A stretch of DNA of 64,000 nucleotides from the human T2T-CHM13v2.0 reference genome, Homo sapiens. Below are positions 60,403 through 64,000 of the stretch, in pieces (the stretch's first letter is position 1; the number at the start of each line of letters is the position of its first letter). Under the pieces are notes generated by a model that saw nothing but the letters and a program-made list of their open reading frames with translations, ran no database searches and was not told where the DNA came from. The stretch lies in NCBI RefSeq assembly GCF_009914755.1, contig NC_060928.1. One strand, 5' to 3'. The translations under genes and the position numbers were made by a program.

Positions 60403-62628
60403 TTATGAAATCTCCCAATGGCAATTTTATTTCAATTTACCTTTTGACTGCCAACATTCAATACTATCAGCTACTTCTGGAAACCTGTCTTCTCAATCTA
60501 GGAAAGATGGCATTATCTAGTCTCATGTGACATATAGCTCTTGGTACATGGTAGGAGGACAAATATTTATATAACTAACCACTGATTTTCTCTCTTCATT
60601 TCTGTCTCCAACCTGATAGAATTCTTAACTGAAAATAATTGGAAAGTTATAAACTGATGTGGCATTTCTCTTTTATTATCTGTATAGTTCTGCATAGGTG
60701 ACCACATCAATGTATGTATTTGGTTTAAAATAATTAATTATAAAGACGACACCCAGGGTTTGTTTTGCTGACATGTTCTTCAGACACAACACCACTGAGT
60801 TCATTCTTAGGTTTTGTTTTTAAAGCAGAGAAATAAATGTTTACTGGGAGTAAAAAACAAAAACACCACCAGCACCTTACTTTAGTTTGCTAAGGCTCTA
60901 CCTTTTAAAATCTACTATAAATTAATTTAAAATGTCAAATAAGAGGATATATATAAGAATCTTAAACTAACACATATTTTATTAGCTGTTTTGGTGGTTT
61001 GAGGCTCCACCTCATCATCATTTAAGACGTGAGGTATTTACAAATTTATGGTCAAATCATGTTTCATTCTGTCTCTACTCTTACACTCTCCAAATGTTCA
61101 CACTTTAAAATTATGAATTAACGGAACATTCTAGGAACATTCTTAATAATACATTATGACCATATCAAGTATGGACAATGTTAGCACGTTCTTAAAGAGT
61201 GAGTTATGGCTCCCATAATAACATATGGATAAACCATTGGGTATTACTTGCTTTTCTACAATGTGTTATTGATTCAGTGGAACACTGGGCATTCCATATA
61301 CTCCTACGCAACACATATATCAATACTCCTCCAGCTACTGCAGGCGGTAGTAAAAGAACGTATGCCTGAGAGTAGGGAGAAACTACATTTATGTACAACT
61401 GGCCCATTTAGTATTCATCCCAGTCAGGATCACTAGCTCTCTTTGACGTGGTTCCCCTGCAACCCCCTGACACATTATAAAATCAAAACTTATTTTAAAA
61501 AATTGTATTTATTGGTTTTTTTTTTTGATGTAGTTTTTGATCAAAAAGCTTTGGTGTTTCCAAACTCGTAGCCTGTACTAGAACATAATGTTGAAAAACA
61601 TATGTGTATAGAATCAAACCAATATAAAGTAATTTTTCCAAAACGGGTAAGGCAGACAGAAGGTGAAGTCATTAAAAACACATGGTCAAAGAGGTCCTCC
61701 AAACAGCTTAGAGGAAGGCGGCCCAACGAACGCATTTAATCAATATATATTGCTAAAGATAATGGGGAGAGGAAAAGAGAAAAAAAATTCCATGCTTTGC
61801 TGATACACAAATATAGGTTTCCCAGGACGGGGGTAGATATGGAATACTGTAATTGAGGAAGTGGTCCAATCTCCCAGAAGGGTCATGCCATCTGACAAAG
61901 GTCAAGGGTCACAAAATGGAGGCAGGTAGGAAGAGGAAGTTGTAGTGCTGGGTAAATTGCTCTTGGCCCCTCAACAGAGGTTTGAGATTTGGGATTATGA
62001 TAGGTTCCATCAGGCAAATAAGTGCTTGCGAGGCATCTAGTCTCACTTAGGGTACAATGCAGAGAGAGGCAGCAAAGTGCTGAATCTGTGTCCAGTCTGT
62101 GTTTCAGCACGGGGGTGGGGACATGTAGCAAAGACAGACAAATCCAGGGAAAGGAAGGAAGAGTGGGATAAGGGATATAATTATATAATTTAAAGAGTTT
62201 TCTGGATAAAGGCTTTTACCAAAGCCCCCATGGTAATTATTTTAAACCACCACTGAAAGCCTCCTAAACACTTATTTTGACTTTGGTATTAAATATTCTC
62301 CAGTGGCAGCAGTGAATGCAGAAGCAAAGCACGCGGGGAGGAACTGGGTAGGCAGACATCCAGTCTCTCTCATTACCTTCAATTCAGCCAGGAAGAGGCT
62401 GCTCAGAATACACAACTGGCTTTCTCAGAATAAGCAAATTACAAATCAACAGTTTGGAGAAGGTAACAACTAGGGCCTGTGAGAAATTGTTACCCAGAAC
62501 CACAGAGAAAGCTAATGTTGGGCCCATTTTCTAAATAATTTAAATTAATTAATGTAAGAAAATAGAAGAATCATGATCTGCCATATTTTCTCAGTGCAAA
62601 TCCCAAACGCACACAATTTCCATTATTT

Positions 62629-62748
62629 TATATAGATATATACACACATATACACACATATATATACGCACATATATACACATACACATATATGCACATA
62701 TACCCCCCCACACACATATATACGTACATATATATACACACACACACA
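62629..62748. repeat. Compound (TA)/(CA) low-complexity repeat
   Basis: Seen directly. Confidence 0.9.
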
Positions 62749-64000
62749 GTCAATAACATCTTATGTACAGTTGTATTAGCAAAATTAAATATGAGGTCTT
62801 TTCAGAATTCCATAATCACAAGATTTGGGCATTGTCATATTCCAGAAGAGTCTCCCTCTTTCAGGGGTTCTGTGGTCCTGGTGGTGAGTGGTAAAGGAGG
62901 TAGGAAAATGGGAAAGGGGGATAAGTGTTGGATGGAGAATGAAAATGAAACAAGTTAATAAGTTTGGGAGATAGCTGCTGGAATATTTCTTTCTGCAAAT
63001 GAGTTACTGCTGCCACTGGAGAAGGTACGGTTATTTAAAACCAAAATCAAACAAAAACAGTTTGGGACTTCAAGCAATCAAGGTTCACATTTAAGATTCC
63101 AGCACTTGCTAGACATGGGAACTCAAAGTCTCTATCTGGAACTGAGACAAACACCACCAGCTCTAAAGGAGCACAGATTACAGATACACCAGGCGTACTG
63201 GCACATAGTAGGTTTCCTAAAAACTGTCATTTTATGCGTGTGCTGACTCATCAGAAGGTATTGGTGGCAGAGATGCAAAGAGGGCACGAGGCATGGCGTG
63301 CGCCTCTCAGAAATGTCAACAAACTTGTGGGGGAGAATGGCAAGGGGGCAGACTAGTTAGAAAGCATTTATCTGCAATTCTAGGTCTCAGGGAGCTCTTG
63401 GAAGAGTTCAGAAATTTAGCCAAAAATGAGGCAAAGAATATTCAGGGTTGAGGGGTGGAAGAACTTCTCAAAACAGACACACTATAAATTTGTGAACAAC
63501 CTCACTTAAGGTTCTCAGCACAAGCCAGCCTCGCTGAATTTTGTTTAAAAAAAAAGGACACATTTAATTCTATGAGCCCAGACAATGGGTTTGATGGAAC
63601 TTTTTCAACCACGTACTTTGGCTTGCAGCAGACACTGTCTTAAATCCAGGAAAAGGAGAACAGATTATTTGTTCATATGTTATTTTCATTTTTTGGTAAT
63701 GTTTACACTTTTTACTAACCCATTTATTTCAAATGTAACAAAGTTGGCTTTCTTTACTGAGAGCTACTTGGAGTAAGCAGTGTGCCAGACAATATTCGAA
63801 CAATCTTTTTGCATTAGGACATTATAAAAAAATATCTTTGCTTCTGATAGGGATACATTAACACCTTCAAAGTTAAACTTTGATCTTAAAATTTCAAGCC
63901 AAAAAGCTGAAACAGCTTTGCTAATGGTAAAAGAAAATTCACAGTACTGAAGCACCAATGCTGGCAGTGGAGGAAAACTCAGTGTGGTTTAAAACTTGCC

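Overview
Primate, almost certainly human, genomic DNA lying wholly inside ATP8A1 (P4-ATPase phosphatidylserine flippase; human 4p13), transcribed on the minus strand. Nine coding exons were read directly. All have GT-AG boundaries and splice into one open 972-nt (324-aa) frame covering the C-terminal P-domain (CRVSPLQK, GDGAND) and the C-terminal membrane helices from TM5 onward. The rest is intron. It holds a near full-length RPS7 processed pseudogene, a complete THE1B MaLR provirus with a GCAAG TSD, a sense-oriented LTR10C-like solo LTR about 300 bp upstream of an exon, a 5'-inverted (twin-primed) L1PB insertion, about 20 Alus, hAT/Tigger DNA-transposon relics, older L1/L2/MIR/MLT fragments and microsatellites. 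I see no new multi-gene system. The best leads are regulatory or mutational: asymmetric DUX4/TATA versus AP-1 sites in the two THE1B LTRs, the LTR10C as a possible internal promoter or poly(A) site, inverted Alus around exons, and a microhomology-templated local duplication at 57.4/59.0 kb. Repeat subfamily names come from recalled consensus sequences and need RepeatMasker/Dfam confirmation.
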